Shown here: piece after piece, positions 38,034 through 52,655 of the stretch
Position numbering within the stretch: position 1 is the stretch's first letter
How the letters are laid out: every line of letters starts with the position of its first letter
Source of the DNA: Octopus sinensis
Lineage: Eukaryota
Reading direction: 5' to 3'
Assembly (NCBI RefSeq): GCF_006345805.1
Contig: NC_043009.1
Span: 29,698,001 to 29,762,000, forward strand
DNA: 64,000 bases
The notes under the pieces: generated by a model
What the model was told of the DNA's origin: nothing
Databases searched by the model: none
The model's input: the letters and a program-made list of their open reading frames with translations, nothing else
Position numbers and translations under genes: made by a program

Positions 38034-38505
38034 TGAAAGACTCTCACCATTACTTTCCACGTGCCCCATAACTTACCTATCTCGTCCCGCAGTGGCTGGC
38101 ATTTCTCAATCTTTTCTGTTTCCTCACATTACACTCTCGAATCGCCTGGTATTGCAACATCTATTATCTTTACTTCTTTTTCATCTTGATGGATGAGCAC
38201 GATATCTAGTAATACCGTTGATAGTAACATTGCGTGTAGTTATTATTCTCGGCCATACCTTCTGGTGTATTCTCATACCATCTCAATGTCCTTTCAGCAC
38301 CGTACTTCTCACACAATCTCCAATGAACATACTTAGCTATGTTATCATGTCTCTTTTTGCATTGTTTTTGAGCGAATTTGCTTCACTCACTCACTCACAA
38401 TATGTGAGAGTAGAATTTTTGCTGCTACACGTCCAACAAAGGGGTAACTCACTACTCTTATCTGTTTGCAGCTTGGTGTAATTAGTTTTCAGAACTTGTT
38501 CGTCC
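38033..38505 (-). mobile_element. R4/Dong-clade fragment (Zn knuckle plus REL endonuclease)
   Basis: Frameshifted EQVLKTNYTK...HDNIAKYVHWRLCEKYGAERTLRWYE...KEVKIIDVAIPGDS...PLRDEIGKLWGTWKVMV; runs directly into (AAT)n. Confidence 0.85.
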
Positions 38506-38549
38506 TACTACTACTTCTAGGGAGAGTTTACGAAAAAAAACAAAAGGAC

Positions 38550-38980
<431 letters not shown>

Positions 38981-39587
38981 ATAGAAATATGCGTACGTTT
39001 GTATTTTTAGCGTAAGCTTCAGCAAAAATAGATGCATACCTTGTTAAAGCTTAACACTGTTATGAACTTTCTAGTTGGTGCATTATTTAATTGTCTAGGA
39101 AATAAATGGTTTGCTGATCAGTGCTCTCCACTGAAAGCTGATAGAAATAACGTTCCTAGATATCACTGCGAACGAATAAAAAAATAGATATATTCAACGA
39201 AAAATTCATGGAAATCTACTTTTCTTCCAAACTGTTTGTTTCTATGTTGATAATACCATTTCCATTATTATTTCTGTTTTTTATTCCTTTCGCTTTGGTT
39301 TCTATTGTTTTGTTTTATACAAGTACATCTTTCAAGTACATTAATATTTTTCGGTGAATAGTTCTTTACTCAACCTGAGACGGAATTGTCAACAGATTCA
39401 CTCTTTAGCAAGAGATTTCACATGAATAGAATATATTATAAATACGGAAAGGTTTTCCAATAACAATAATGATGCGGTTGATGACGATGATAATAATAAT
39501 ATTAAGAAAGAATGATAATGATGATACTAGCAATAAAACTACTACTACTGCTGCTGCTGTTGCTGCTGCTGTTGATGATTATGATGA

Positions 39588-39901
39588 TAACAAAATCATT
39601 CAGGTTCCACCAACGTTCTCTCAACGATTAGCCAGAGATGGTTTTGAAAATGAAAATATCTGAAATAAACACGACTGCTCTCTCAAACGAGACTACTAAA
39701 AATGAACCCAACCGCTCTCAAAAATTAAGTGAAAAAAAGAAACAAGAAAAATAATCTAGAATCCTTGTCCAGAACCGTATCCATCCCAACATCCCTGTAA
39801 GTTTCATATGAATCCATCCAATGGTTCTTGGGATCCCTTGTCCAAGGAACAAACAAACATGACTGAAAACAATACCTCAGCCTTCGCTAGGGCGGAGGTA
39901 A
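39588..39901. mobile_element. Helentron-associated (DINE-1/HINE-like) non-autonomous element
   Basis: Begins TAACAAAATC, contains (AAAC)n, and ends in stem-loop acctcagcctt-cgct-agggcggaggt (39874-39899); architecture matches HINE-type elements. Confidence 0.55.
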
Positions 39902-39904
39902 CAA

Positions 39905-40466
39905 CAATAATTGATGATGTTGCTTCTGGCTGCCCAGCCCTCGCTGAAAAGGATTACCTTATAAGGCATGGCAAACCAGGGAAGTACATCCACTGGAATG
40001 CTTCTAAATACTACAAAATTAAATTCCACATACACTATGCAGAGGATGTAGTAAATGTAAGGGTGTCACAATCGTTTCGAACTTCGCAATACAGACAGAC
40101 AGAAAATTGACTCCAAATGACCATACTTGTCTGTTAATTGTCCCACAATATCAAAATAACAAAAATCTGGAAGCTTAGTACTACGATAATACTAGTAGTA
40201 ATTGGAGCGCTGGCAAAGAGAAAAAAGGGAGCTGATAAGCAACTCCCTGGTAACTCCAGTCTCCGTGAACTACAAAATATTAACTTGATGTGTACAACCC
40301 ATATACTACGGAAAGAACTCTACATTTAAAATGGAATAAATGTGATGATAATTTTAGCATGCATAGAAAAACAAAAGCGCCCTTGCTACTTTTGGCCTCC
40401 GAAGGATGCCCGGTACTAAGGCAGCTGAAATAACGTGATAACGAAAGGAAACCATAAATAGTAATG

Positions 40467-40540
<74 letters not shown>
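39905..40540 (+). mobile_element. R4/Dong-clade 3' end with 3' UTR and (AAT)n tail, internally deleted
   Basis: VASGCPALAEKDYLIRHGKPGKYIHW...IWKLSTTIILVVIGALA...LPGNSSLRELQ...ILRKELYI*; 3' UTR closely matches 60226-60360. Confidence 0.88.
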
Positions 40541-40541
<1 letters not shown>

Positions 40542-40559
40542 ATCATTATTATCAACATG

Positions 40560-41545
40560 TTCAAAAGTAATCCCCAAAATTTTAACAGGAGATAGGGAAA
40601 ATAGCAGTTATAGTAAACTCTGTCCCATCAACTGAAGTGCAAGAATTTTGGATTAAAATTTGGGCAGAAGAAAAAAAAACACAATGAAAAGGCCCCTTGG
40701 ATTGATAGAATATCTACAGACTTAGACTCCTTAGTAGATCTAAAGTGTTGGAGGATATCACGGTAGAGGATATAAAATGTGCTCTGAGAAAGTCAAGGAA
40801 ATGGAAGTCTCCAGGAAAGGATACAATTCCTAACTTCTGGTTGAATAGCTTCCCAGAGAGTCATGGACTGCTAACTAAACTTTACAACAATGTTTTGCAG
40901 CAACCTAGTATGATTCTCCCTTGGCTAGTTAATACTGTAACATTCATACTGCCAAAAATTAAGAAACAAATGAACCAAAAAATTATAGACCCTTAATCTG
41001 CTTAACAACAATGTGTCAAATATTAACATTTGTCTTGACTGAATATACCTATAGCTTTTAATAGAAAGTGGCATATTCCCTAATGAGCAAAAAGGATGTA
41101 AACGTGGGTCCTATAATAGTAATAATCAGCTACTCATCAATAAGATGATCTTGGAAGATTATCACAAACGACACAAAAACTTGTCGATAGGTTGGGCAGA
41201 TTATATAAAAAGCTTTCGATAATCTGCCACGTAGCTGGATTAATAAACGTCTGGAAATAAATGAAATAGCACCTGCTCTGCACTGCTGCGAAACTTCTTG
41301 TCTGTGATTAAGTGATCATAGAGAACGACACTGACTTTGAACAGTTGCAAGGAATCTCTCAATGCTGTAAATGTAAGTATTTTATGCGGCATTTTCCAGC
41401 GAGACTCTCTATCACCACTCCTCTTTTGTCTAGACTTAATGCCTCTCTCGAAATTGCTCGATGATGTACAATACAGCTATAAAATTTTTGATGAAAATAT
41501 AAATCATCTCAATTACATGGATGATTTAATAAATGACCAACATCT
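40560..41545 (+). pseudogene. Reverse-transcriptase domain of an R4/Dong-type non-LTR element, disrupted
   Basis: WKSPGKDTIPNFWL, EQKGCKRGSY..QLLINKMILED, WADY..AFD, GIFQRDSLSPLLFCL and HLNYMDDL (YxDD) motifs in order, with stops and frameshifts. Confidence 0.92.
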
Positions 41546-41721
41546 GAGGCAAAGACAAGGAGCACAGGATGGATGCTGGGTGCTTGCGAGTACTGAAACA
41601 AACAGTAGTCTGTCCAAAACAGGCAGAACTAGTCATTTCAGTTAGGGAAGTAAAGGAAACCAGCAAAACAAAAAGTGTGCCACTTGAAGGCCCCGGGTCC
41701 AGATGGTAAGGAAAATTCAAA

Positions 41722-42565
41722 ATGGCCGCTTTAGGGTTACATCAAAAACAAAGAGCGATGATTGAATTTCTTGTTGCTGAGGAGGAAACCCCTGTGAACA
41801 TTCACTGACGATTACAAAATGTCTTTGGAGACAATACTTTAGGTTATAGCAATGTATGGAGGTGTCTCCGTCGTCTGAAAGATGAAAAGGCGGGAACTGT
41901 GAGTGTAACCGATAAAGCCCGTTCTGGCCGTCCGTCCGCTTCTGTAAATCCTGCCAATAAAGCAAAAGCAGATGCTCTGATCAGAGAAGACAGGCGCATA
42001 ACTCTTGATGAGTTGGCAGGAAACATTGAAGTGAGCCATGGAGGTGCTTAGAACATTGTCGGATCATTTGGCTTTTCAAAAGTGTGTGCCTGTATGATAT
42101 CGAGGAAGCTGATTACTGAACGCAAGACTGACAGGGTGAATGCCTGCACTTGAACTTCTCGAACAAAGTCAAAGAGACAACACCTTCTTTCGAAGGCTCA
42201 TAACAGGTGATGAAACATTGGTTCATCATTACGAACCGGAATCAAAGAGGAATGCTGCCACTCTACGTCACCACAACCGAAAAAGATCAAGTCACAAAAG
42301 TCAGCTGGAAAATCATAGCGACTGTCTTTTGGGATGCTCAAGGTGTCATTCTGGTCAATTTCTTGCCAAAAGGAAAAACAATAAACTCTGAAGCCTACAT
42401 TGAGACCCTGGCGAGGCGCAGAGCAAGAATCCGATGAGTAAGACCCAACTTGCCAATCGACAATGTCCTCCTTCTGTTTGACAAATCTCGACCACACACA
42501 CAAGCATCACGACAAGGGAGACAATCGCCTCATTCGGGTTGACAACTTTACCGCATCTTCCATAC
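41722..42565 (+). pseudogene. Mariner transposase pseudogene, N-terminal HTH plus catalytic start, 3'-truncated
   Basis: MAALGLHQKQRAMIEFL...RSGRP...IREDRRIT...ITGDETLVHHYEPESK...ATVFWDAQGVILVNFLPKGKTINSEAY...PHLPY, then a (GT)n tract; contains stops and frameshifts. Confidence 0.93.
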
Positions 42566-42902
42566 ATGTATGTGTGTGTGTGTGTGTGTATTCTATATTT
42601 AGAAGGATATGAAGATTGCCATACGGTCTAAATACTACTTATTTTACTAATATATAGTTTTCAAGAGTCTGCCTACTATTTGCGAAGACAAAGTTTGAAG
42701 AGTAACTCTTTACTGTGTACATTGTTGGATTTGGGTGGCAAGTGATGAGTGCATGCCTGCAACTGATGGAGCACATGTGCGCTAAAATCACGGGATATAG
42801 CAGTTCTACCACCCCTGCATATTGATACTTCTTTCGTCGCTTATAAACACATACGCACAAGCATACACAGGCACATACATACATGCATACATATATACAT
42901 AC

Positions 42903-42935
<33 letters not shown>

Positions 42936-43550
42936 ATATATATTATATATATATATATAGATTGATACACACGCGATAGATAGATTGATAAACACGCACA
43001 CACGCATATATATATTCATAGCTCATTTGTAGATGCATGCACACTCTTCTATACATCAATCATATATATATATATATATATATATCAGGAATCCTTAGAA
43101 GTGTATGAAAATGATTAATTTCTGAATAATGACAATAAATATGCAATGCATCTGGGTAATGCCAAAGAAAACTAAAGCAAATGTCGTTTGACTGTTGGGA
43201 TGTCTACCTCTACACCCAACAAAACATGTTCTTTGGTGTCAAAGGATTGAGTTATTGCATCGCAAATGACATTTCGTATTATTCAACTCGCCTCTCATAT
43301 TTCATTTCTATACTTCCTTTTTGCCATTTCGTGTCTTTTCTGTTCCTTTTTCTCTTTTCTGTTCCTCTTTTATTTTCCCTTCTCCAAGCATTTCTCTCCT
43401 CGAAATAACTGAAACGATCCCACGAATTTGCTTTTATACAGATATATATTCTCACTGACACGTAAACACACGCGCATGCGTATATAATTGTATTATATTA
43501 TGTAAACACACACACAAATATATATATCTATATATATATATATATATATC

Positions 43551-43637
<87 letters not shown>

Positions 43638-44361
43638 CATATAACATACATAGATATGTACATATCAAAGTATGTTTAAACATACACATATGTTTGTAGA
43701 GTCATATAAAAAATTGCATAAATACATGCACATACTCGCGCACTCATAAACATATCCTCCTTGTTTCTAATTACCTAATTATTTTGAAATTTGTGCAATG
43801 CTGAGTTAACATTTTATAGTTTATTTCTCATTTAATATTTATATTTATTATCTCCGTTAGTTTCTGTCGTGTTCATTCTCTTCTTACCGACACCCAAAAT
43901 GTCAGGAATTAAGTCAAAATTTCTATACATCACATTCCATTGTGACTGAGATCTCTGCAACTGGCAGCATTCTTTAAATGTTACCCAGAAGAATTTCTGC
44001 CGACCATTCCAATCCTTTGGGATTTATATGCTCACTTACTCATAGTGATGATAAATCTATTACAAATAAAACCCATAAAATACAAATAAGTGAAATAACA
44101 TATACAGTGAACGAGTTATGTAAGTCCTGGCAGTTGCAACCGGAGGCGTATGGCGTAGCTGCTGCCATTGATCATCTCTTTATATCTCTTCCTTTCTCTG
44201 CACATGTACGCAGATGTGAGTCTGTGTGTATGTATATGTAAAATGTATATATATATGTATGTGTGTATATATACATACATATATAAAATATATACATATA
44301 TGTATCTCATATATATATATATATATAGTTATATATGTATGTACGCATGAAATATATATGA

Positions 44362-44426
<65 letters not shown>

Positions 44427-45829
44427 AAGAGTGAGAGATATAGCGTGCATTAAGTGAGAATTCTTGAAGCATTTTATTCTGTGAGGAGTATATAGATAAA
44501 ATATTTCATGAAACGGTCGTAGAAGTGAGCCAGATAGGTTTTAGTGCAACGTACATAAAGATAATTGGTCTTGAAGATTACAAAATAATCAAAACTACGC
44601 GAAAAGACGCTCCTGTGTGCTTGCCACCGCCACTGGAAATATTGTTGTGTTCGAGTAAATTTGCTATAAGTGCAGTGAGAAGTGCATATTTACAATTATA
44701 TCCGAACTTATATCACAATAGAAGATTTAACTATGTCTTAGCAAATTCTGATCATAAATTTTTCGCCTTGAAGCGATATATTTGTAAAATCTTATTAAAA
44801 CACCTACAGATTTTTCCGATTTTTCATTTTCCTAACTTCCTTTGTTATAAGGAATATAATTCCACCAATTAATTTATCACTTATTTCATTATGAAAATCA
44901 TTCGTGAATTAAGAGAATAAACTCAGTGGGTAGCTTACTTTACTAGCTAACTATATAAATGGCGCGTTCTCTGTATCCCATTGAATAAATGTCTGCGTGC
45001 CTCTGTGTATTTGTGTTCGCGTGTGTGTGCGTACGTATGTGTGCGTATGCGCGCGTTCGTGTATATGTGTGTGTGAGAGCGTCTCTTTATATACCTAAGC
45101 ACAGGCAATAGACATACTGTTGTGTTTATCAGACATAATGTTATGTTTATCAGAGAAAATGTGAGTTCATGTGAATAAGTACCAATTATTTTTCAGCAAG
45201 TTAATATAGGACTGGGTTTTAGTACACATGTTTATGTACGTGGCAGTGAATTTGCCTGTGTTTGTGATATTCGGATATTTTTGTATATGTGTTTGTGAGC
45301 ATTTATATATAACTACGTGTTGCCGATAATTTTGACAAATTATTAATAAAAAAACATCCCTAAGAATTTATTTCCTAATTCACCAATTTTTTGTCCAATA
45401 CAGAAAACTTGTTTAATTAAATAATTTCTTTAGAATCTGATATTTTCGAAATATTTTCCAGTCAACTCTCTCGACATTTCCAAGCAAAAATTTAATTATG
45501 AATTAAGAGAAATATAAATATTTATAACGAATAATTTTTGTACATCTTGTTTTAGTATTTCATCAAACCAGTTATTCTGTTAGTGTAGTAAGAATAGCAA
45601 TTAAATATAATGTAGCAAATTGAAAGCAATAAACCGACAGTAAAATTTTAAATAAGATTATTATATCAATATATTCAAGACCATGGCTTGGTCCACAAGA
45701 AATGCACCTATCACGTAAGAAATACACCTATCACAGATATCATTAACATCGTCATGCTCACTATCTTGTTTATGCTAATGTAGTTTCATTTTCCTGCACT
45801 ACGTTTTATCTATTAATATCTTCATGTAT

Positions 45830-46050
45830 TGAAGCGGGGAACTTACAGAATCGTCAGCACGCCGGAGGAAAAGCGTGGTGTCATTTCGCCCGACTTTACA
45901 TTCTGAGTTCAAATTCCGCCGAGGTCGACTTTGCCTTTTATCCTTTCGACGGTGGTAGAATAAGTACCAGTTATGTACTGGGGACGATATAATCGAATTA
46001 TACCCTACCCACGAAATTGCTGGCCTTCTGCCAAAATTTGAAACCTATAT
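45830..46050 (+). mobile_element. SINE, family A
   Basis: cagaatcgtcagcacgccgg...gagttcaaattccgccgaggtcgactttgcc...taagtaccagtt...ccaaaatttgaaacc. Confidence 0.88.
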
Positions 46051-46995
46051 ATTTGTACAGGTATCTGTAAGTCTGTACTCTTAGATCTACCTATGCAACA
46101 TACCTTTATGCATTACTCCGAATGTTTGATTTGTTTGTTCGACCGCCAACCAATATTTCTAATCTGTTTCCCATTATTTCAATAACTTTGGGGAAAAGCT
46201 GATCACTTGTCAAATCATTTTACATTATTGGCGTGCTTTTTGCTATTTTGTATCTATTGTGAAACAAGAAAGAAAATAAATACTGTTTGGAAATGATGTA
46301 ACAGCAACAATTATCGTTTTAAAAAATAAAATGATTTTATTCTGTTATCACGTAAGCTAATACAATATGTTTTAACTATTATATCCAGAGAAAGATCTAT
46401 GTTGTATAATATAAGTGAGATGCGAAATCTATGGGGTAAGCTATAACTAGAATATTTGCAATTTTCAAAAGTCTCATATTGTTTTAACCTTAAATAAATT
46501 TGAAGCAAATTCTATTTTTTCTTTTCAATTTCTGGTTTAATTTGCGTCAAATCACTTCAGTTATCGAAAAATGTATGAAAGTTATTAGTCTGGAGATTCG
46601 TCTGTAGGACTGAGAGTGTATGGTAGGTATCTTGCTATCACTTTCATATGACATATTTAGTAAATTTTTGATCGGATCCTATGTGTGTGTGTGTGTGAAT
46701 AAAGTTTTAGTTATACAGCTTTAAAAAGAATGTATGCTGCGGAGCTGAAGAAGATCCTGACCACTTAAGAAAAGCTTGGTGAGAAGTAAGAATAATTGTC
46801 GTTACTTCTCACCAAGGATTGCAAACATAATATGTTGCTGAAAAATTATAAGTAGTGGTTAATAATCGTGTCAACTAGATTGCAATTTGCACAGGGCAGA
46901 GTTGTTAGAAAGTTATTCAAGTAAATAAATTAAATCTTAATTCTTAATACAGGGGAAATTCATTTGGTTGCCATTGGATCAACGGAGGTTCATTT

Positions 46996-47055
46996 TGCCA
47001 ATATGCAACACCAGCCGTTTCCTTCTGCCAATAAGCAACACAAGGCGTTTCCTTT
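46996..47055. repeat. 30-bp tandem duplication
   Basis: tgccaatatgcaacaccagccgtttccttc followed by tgccaataagcaacacaaggcgtttccttt. Confidence 0.85.
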
Positions 47056-47944
47056 CTTATTGTGAAAGTAACGCTTGTGAGATGCCACATCTGTTTGAAC
47101 ACATTTGTGCATGAAGAATCTTCCCATTGAAATACGAGAAAGAAGCACGACCCTCATTTATCTCTTCCTCTCTATAATATAAAACAACCTTATGCAAAAT
47201 GTGTTACGCAGTGTTACAGTGTTGAAGTGAATCAGGATTGCTTTCGAAATATTTTCCAAAAATACATACAAAGGCTTTAATACGAACAATGATCAAATAC
47301 ATTTCGAAAATTGTCTGCAGGTGCTTTGTGTTACGTTACACTGCAGTAGCTTACTGACGGAAAATAAATAACAGACACAAACATACCTAAAAAGAAAGAA
47401 ATAGAATATAGAATTACTGAAATCAAACCAAATATAGGAATTCTGAAGTGCAAGAATCCTCAAAGGGGTTTAAAAAACTGGAGGGTAGTATTACATTTAG
47501 CAATTAATCGAGAGATGCGTTTAAAATTCAATAGGAACATAGCCAAAAGCAAGACGTTATCTAAGTTGCCAAAAGCTTCTGCTTAATAATAAGTAATCTG
47601 TAAGTAACTGAAACAGAAGATTAGTAGGCAGACACAATCCTTTCAATAGATAGATACACGCACGCACACATACACACTCATAGATACACAAAAATTTATA
47701 TATACTAAATATGAATATATACATGTAGCTAGTTGAACATCTAATGTGGTTTTAGAGTCAAGTTTTGGGTGCTATTTCCAACATGGTGGTATTTCTTAGA
47801 TACCCTAATTTATAATTTATAGATAGATAGATAGATACGTGTGACTAGTTGCTTGTAACTTTATATTTATATATTATTTATATTATTATATATATACATA
47901 TATACATATATATGTGTATATATATATGCGAGTGTGTACATATA

Positions 47945-48028
<84 letters not shown>

Positions 48029-49030
48029 TACTTGGACTTCAGGTATAGGTCTAGTTGAATGTCCATTAAATCACATTCACCGTTTGGGCTAACTGATATA
48101 AATTTCACTGGATATAGGATATCTAGAACATACCATGAAGATCTCAGTATATTTCGTGGAATATCCTTTTGTACACCAAGCACCTGAAGTGACACAACCT
48201 GCCGTGACTGATGCAACAAAACCAGATACACAATATGCTACCTTTGTAGAACAAATGTAGGATGAGTCGAAACGGTTGTGGTGCTGAATAAAGATCCGTT
48301 TCTTCTATCAACTATATGTATGTATGTATGTTTGTATGTATGTCTTTATGTACGTATGTATGTATGTATGTACGTATACGCATACACGGTGAGACATATC
48401 CCTCCTCTCTCTCCCCCTCTCTCGCATACACACAGAGCGAAGCAAAGGTTGCTTTAAAGGGAAAATAGAAAGTAGCCAGAAAAAAGCAATGCGTACCGTA
48501 TATCAATATAGCATAATTGTTGATGCTAATAAATTCAATTGTTATGTTTAAGGAGTTTCTAGCAAAAACATTAAGCACGTTCTAAAATTATATACTAATA
48601 AAATTTGGCAAGTTTAAAATTGATGTAGCAATTTTCTTACAAAAGCATTTCCCCATACCTCTTTAAGGGAATAAAAAAGACGATGTAAGGGTTCGGTAAA
48701 ATATGCTTTCACATTGATATAGATCTTTAAAAGAATGTCTTATTTTATTATTCATTTCATATATAGAAAAAGCAAAATTAGTATTCATGCAAGGAATATA
48801 TTGTCAATTTGAATTTTCAAACATCAAAGAAATTTTATTCACTAATTATAGATATATGTGTGGCGGTATACATACGAATTCACTTATATACACATACAGC
48901 ACAAATACAAGCACAACATAGACGCCTGTGTACATTCATACATATAAATACATAGATTTTTCTCTCTGTCTCTCACATTCACTATATATTCATACATACA
49001 TATATACGTATATACATATATATATATATA

Positions 49031-49106
<76 letters not shown>

Positions 49107-49351
49107 TTTGATCCAAGTCCGAGTTTCTGAATATATATCAATAAATAAATATATAGAGATAAATATAAATAAATAAATAAATATATCGATAGACAGATAC
49201 ATCATTTGATCAATGGCTACGTAGAGAAATATTCTGAGATCTGATTTTCGCAGTGATTTTTCAATATAATCTGAGTAACATTCAGAGTTCAGTTTCCAGT
49301 TAATTTTAAACCGATCGTTTTATAATAACACATACAAGCACACACACACAT

Positions 49352-49386
<35 letters not shown>

Positions 49387-49544
49387 AAGTACGTGTGTGC
49401 GTATGTGTGTGTGCATGTGCATGTATGTGTTATGCTTCGTTTAAAATTAACTGGAAAATGAACTGTGAATGATACCCACACACACAAATACAAATAAGAA
49501 TTTATTTACGAAAGCAGACACGCCGTTGGAACAGTAAAAACTGT

Positions 49545-49930
49545 AAGTAAATTACTCTTACAAAGCCGAAGAAATTGTCAACAACCAGCCATGGGACCCG
49601 ATCCTATGTGCTTTGCCATTAAGCTAAACTGTCCGCCGATGAATCCGTCCGTTTTTGAAACACTTTGTATCTATATACACATATACACTTTGTATCTACT
49701 GTATATACACATTTCGGTGCTAATAAAAGAAAACAAACGTTAGTTTGTTTATATTAATATGCATATGGTTGCACATTTTGCTTTAAAAGCGTTTAAAAGG
49801 CGGGTTGATGTATCAGCGGGCATTTTAAATTAATAGCAATGCACTAAGCCGGTGTCTTCAAGAGATATGGGTTCGAGGCCTATGGCTCGTTGTTGGCAAA
49901 GTTTTCCGCTTTGTAAGGGTAGTCTACTCA
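49545..49930. mobile_element. Inverted pair of short degenerate tRNA-like SINE fragments
   Basis: Reverse complement of about 49548-49610 resembles about 49866-49925 (gggttcgaggcctatggctcgttgttggcaaagttttccgctttgtaagggtagt). Confidence 0.45.
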
Positions 49931-50776
49931 ATGTTTTCCTCGTTCTAACAGCGTCTCTGCGTTCGAAAATAAATTATCATATTATTTGTATCTCTATATA
50001 CATTTCGACGCTTCTAAAAAAACAAATGTTAGTTTGTTTATATATATTTATATATATCTCAGACATCTCAAAAGTAAATAGTAAGACTTATTCCGATTGA
50101 TGTGTGCAGAAACTACCCGGTGCTTCAAACTTGCCACTGTATTTTTATTTTTATTTTCATATTACAGTATATGAATGGTTTATAGTAACTAGCCAATTCG
50201 CGAAGTCCAGCAACAAAGGAGGTGTCTGGTTTTGAAAAAAAGTTTATTGTTGGTGAATCCGAAGTTGGAATGAGCCAGCTAAGCCTTCATCGGACAGTGA
50301 TTCATTAAGTTAATCTTGGTTTTATAGAGTCTCTGTTGAGATGATGAAATGTCTGAGGTTTGTGGGTTTCAGTGGAATGAAAATTATGTTGTAGGGTTGG
50401 TTGTCATGGACAAGTGTAGTGAAGAATTTTAGATTGATTAAATTTGGGGTTGTTAGTGCTCAGAATTCAATCATGCGTGAAGAGCTGTGTAAACAGGCTT
50501 AGGTGGCCGAAACTTCGAAGTCACTGTTAACACTATTTTGTTAAAGAATAATAAATTTATGCTCTTCATACTTGTATCAGCAGAAGGGCTTTCATGACCT
50601 GGATGCGGCCCAGCCCCGATAGCATTGTTAGAAGTTAAGTGGGGTTTCTTTCTGGAGGTCTTCTCCTGTTCACCGCTCTTGAGAGTTTCTTACACTCATA
50701 CCACTATATATATGTGTATGAGTGTCTGTGTGTGTTTGTTCGCGTATTCTATATGCACGTATATATGCATATACAT

Positions 50777-50810
<34 letters not shown>

Positions 50811-51074
50811 GTGTGTGTGTGTATGCAAATGCGTGTCTTTGAGAGTAACAGATGTGCTTTTCTCTGAACTCTGTGCTCCTTCTTCCGTTTCCTCCTATCT
50901 GAATTCTTCCCTCTCTCCGACAAAGAGAAACTTTCGGAATGTCGTATCCACTTCTATATTTTCATTTAAACCTTTTGGTGGGTGTCAGTCTACTGTACTC
51001 ACTCTATTCGTCTAACTGACATTTTGGCATTTTCCTGTTTTTATATTCTATCTGCCAATATATATATATATATA

Positions 51075-51290
51075 TATAACCCTTCTGTCCGGCATTCGTC
51101 ATGATAGATCGCTAGCCACTACACATTCTTTATTTTGTCTCCTCGTTTCTTTCCGTGTTCTTTTCTGTGGAAGAGCGTAGGTTCGAAACGTTAAAGAATT
51201 TTTCACTTCCCGAGCATTATACTAATGCATCTGTTTGTTGTTGTCTACAACACCTGTCTTCGTCTTCTTTTTGTGAATTCTCCCTTTATA
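51075..51290 (+). mobile_element. Probable Penelope-like/SINE 3' terminal repeat fragment
   Basis: gaagagcgtaggttcgaaacgttaaaga... layout resembles PLE termini; flanked by (TA)n on both sides. Confidence 0.4.
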
Positions 51291-51294
51291 TATG

Positions 51295-51327
<33 letters not shown>

Positions 51328-51419
51328 GAGAGAGAGAGAGAGGGAGAGAGAGAGGGGAGAGAGAGAGGGGGAGAGAGAGAGGGCAAGAGAGAGGGAGATA
51401 CGGGGGGAGAGAGAGGGGG

Positions 51420-51452
<33 letters not shown>

Positions 51453-52655
51453 TAGATAGATAGATAGATAGATAGATCTATATATATACACATAAATAAA
51501 GATTAGATACATATACATATATGTTTATACATACATATATACACATATACATACATACATCCATACATATATGTGTGTATGTGTGTGTGTATAGTGTCAC
51601 GGTTTTCTTATATAACAGCTCTTACTTATAAATATGTAATTTATTTTCTCTAGGACGAGATTTCGTGCAAAGAATAAGCAATAATTTTTACTGTCTATTC
51701 AAATGGGACAATATTTAAAGTCAGTTTAATGAAAAAAACATTGATTTCGTTTTGGAATGTTTCCAAAACATTTATTACTTATAGATTAATAAAACAGACA
51801 AATTATAATGCTGATTAGAAAAATGGTCAGATTTTATAATTTTTGGTATGCATTGAGTTTCTTTTTTGCTTTATATTGAGGAAAAACAGCTTTCCTAATT
51901 AATATAAATTGAATGAATCTTCAAAATATGATGATGTATGAAACATTTGTAACTTAACTAAAAAATTCCATAACTGAAATGAATTATCGATTTGTATGAA
52001 AAATCAATGCAAAGACTAATCTATAAATATTTAATATTCACCTGCTAAAGCAAACATAGATATATTTTTTAACAAGGTGTATATAGCGAAATATCAAATA
52101 TAAAATTGAAAGCTCGGCAGGGAAGATTTGTGAAGTACTTTGATTAATATTTACTAAATGTGAAAAATTATAATCTATTCCTTCTGTTTATGAACAACCC
52201 AATCAGATTAAAAGTTTACGGACATGCACAAATAACCTGACAACTACACAGATAATTGCATTAGGATGCTTGTCCAAAAATCTATTAAATGAAATATTGA
52301 ACAAAATTTCATGTTGTTTTATTCATAAATGCATATGAAGTCTTGAATCAGTGGGAACAACACTTCCAAATACGTAATCTGTGACTCTAGTAAATCGAAA
52401 ATCCATTATAGCATATTAGCCTTTACAATATGATATATTAGTCATCACAATAAAATAACTCCCTGTGTTGTGGCTATACATACTAGTATATTACAAAGCA
52501 ATTCATTAATGTTTACAGTATGAAATAAGGTATTTCTACGTCTGTGGAAACCAATTTATTTCAGTTATTTTCAGTCGTATATTCTGATCTTACAACAACT
52601 GACAAAGAAATCCTCATTTTTCGTTCACCATTTCGTAGTGGTATGAGTAGGACTA

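Noticed and set aside
51165-51192. Functional hammerhead ribozyme at gtggaagagcgtaggttcgaaacg
   Set aside because: The core reads TGGAAGA rather than CUGANGA and stem II does not pair; at best a degenerate PLE-like terminus.
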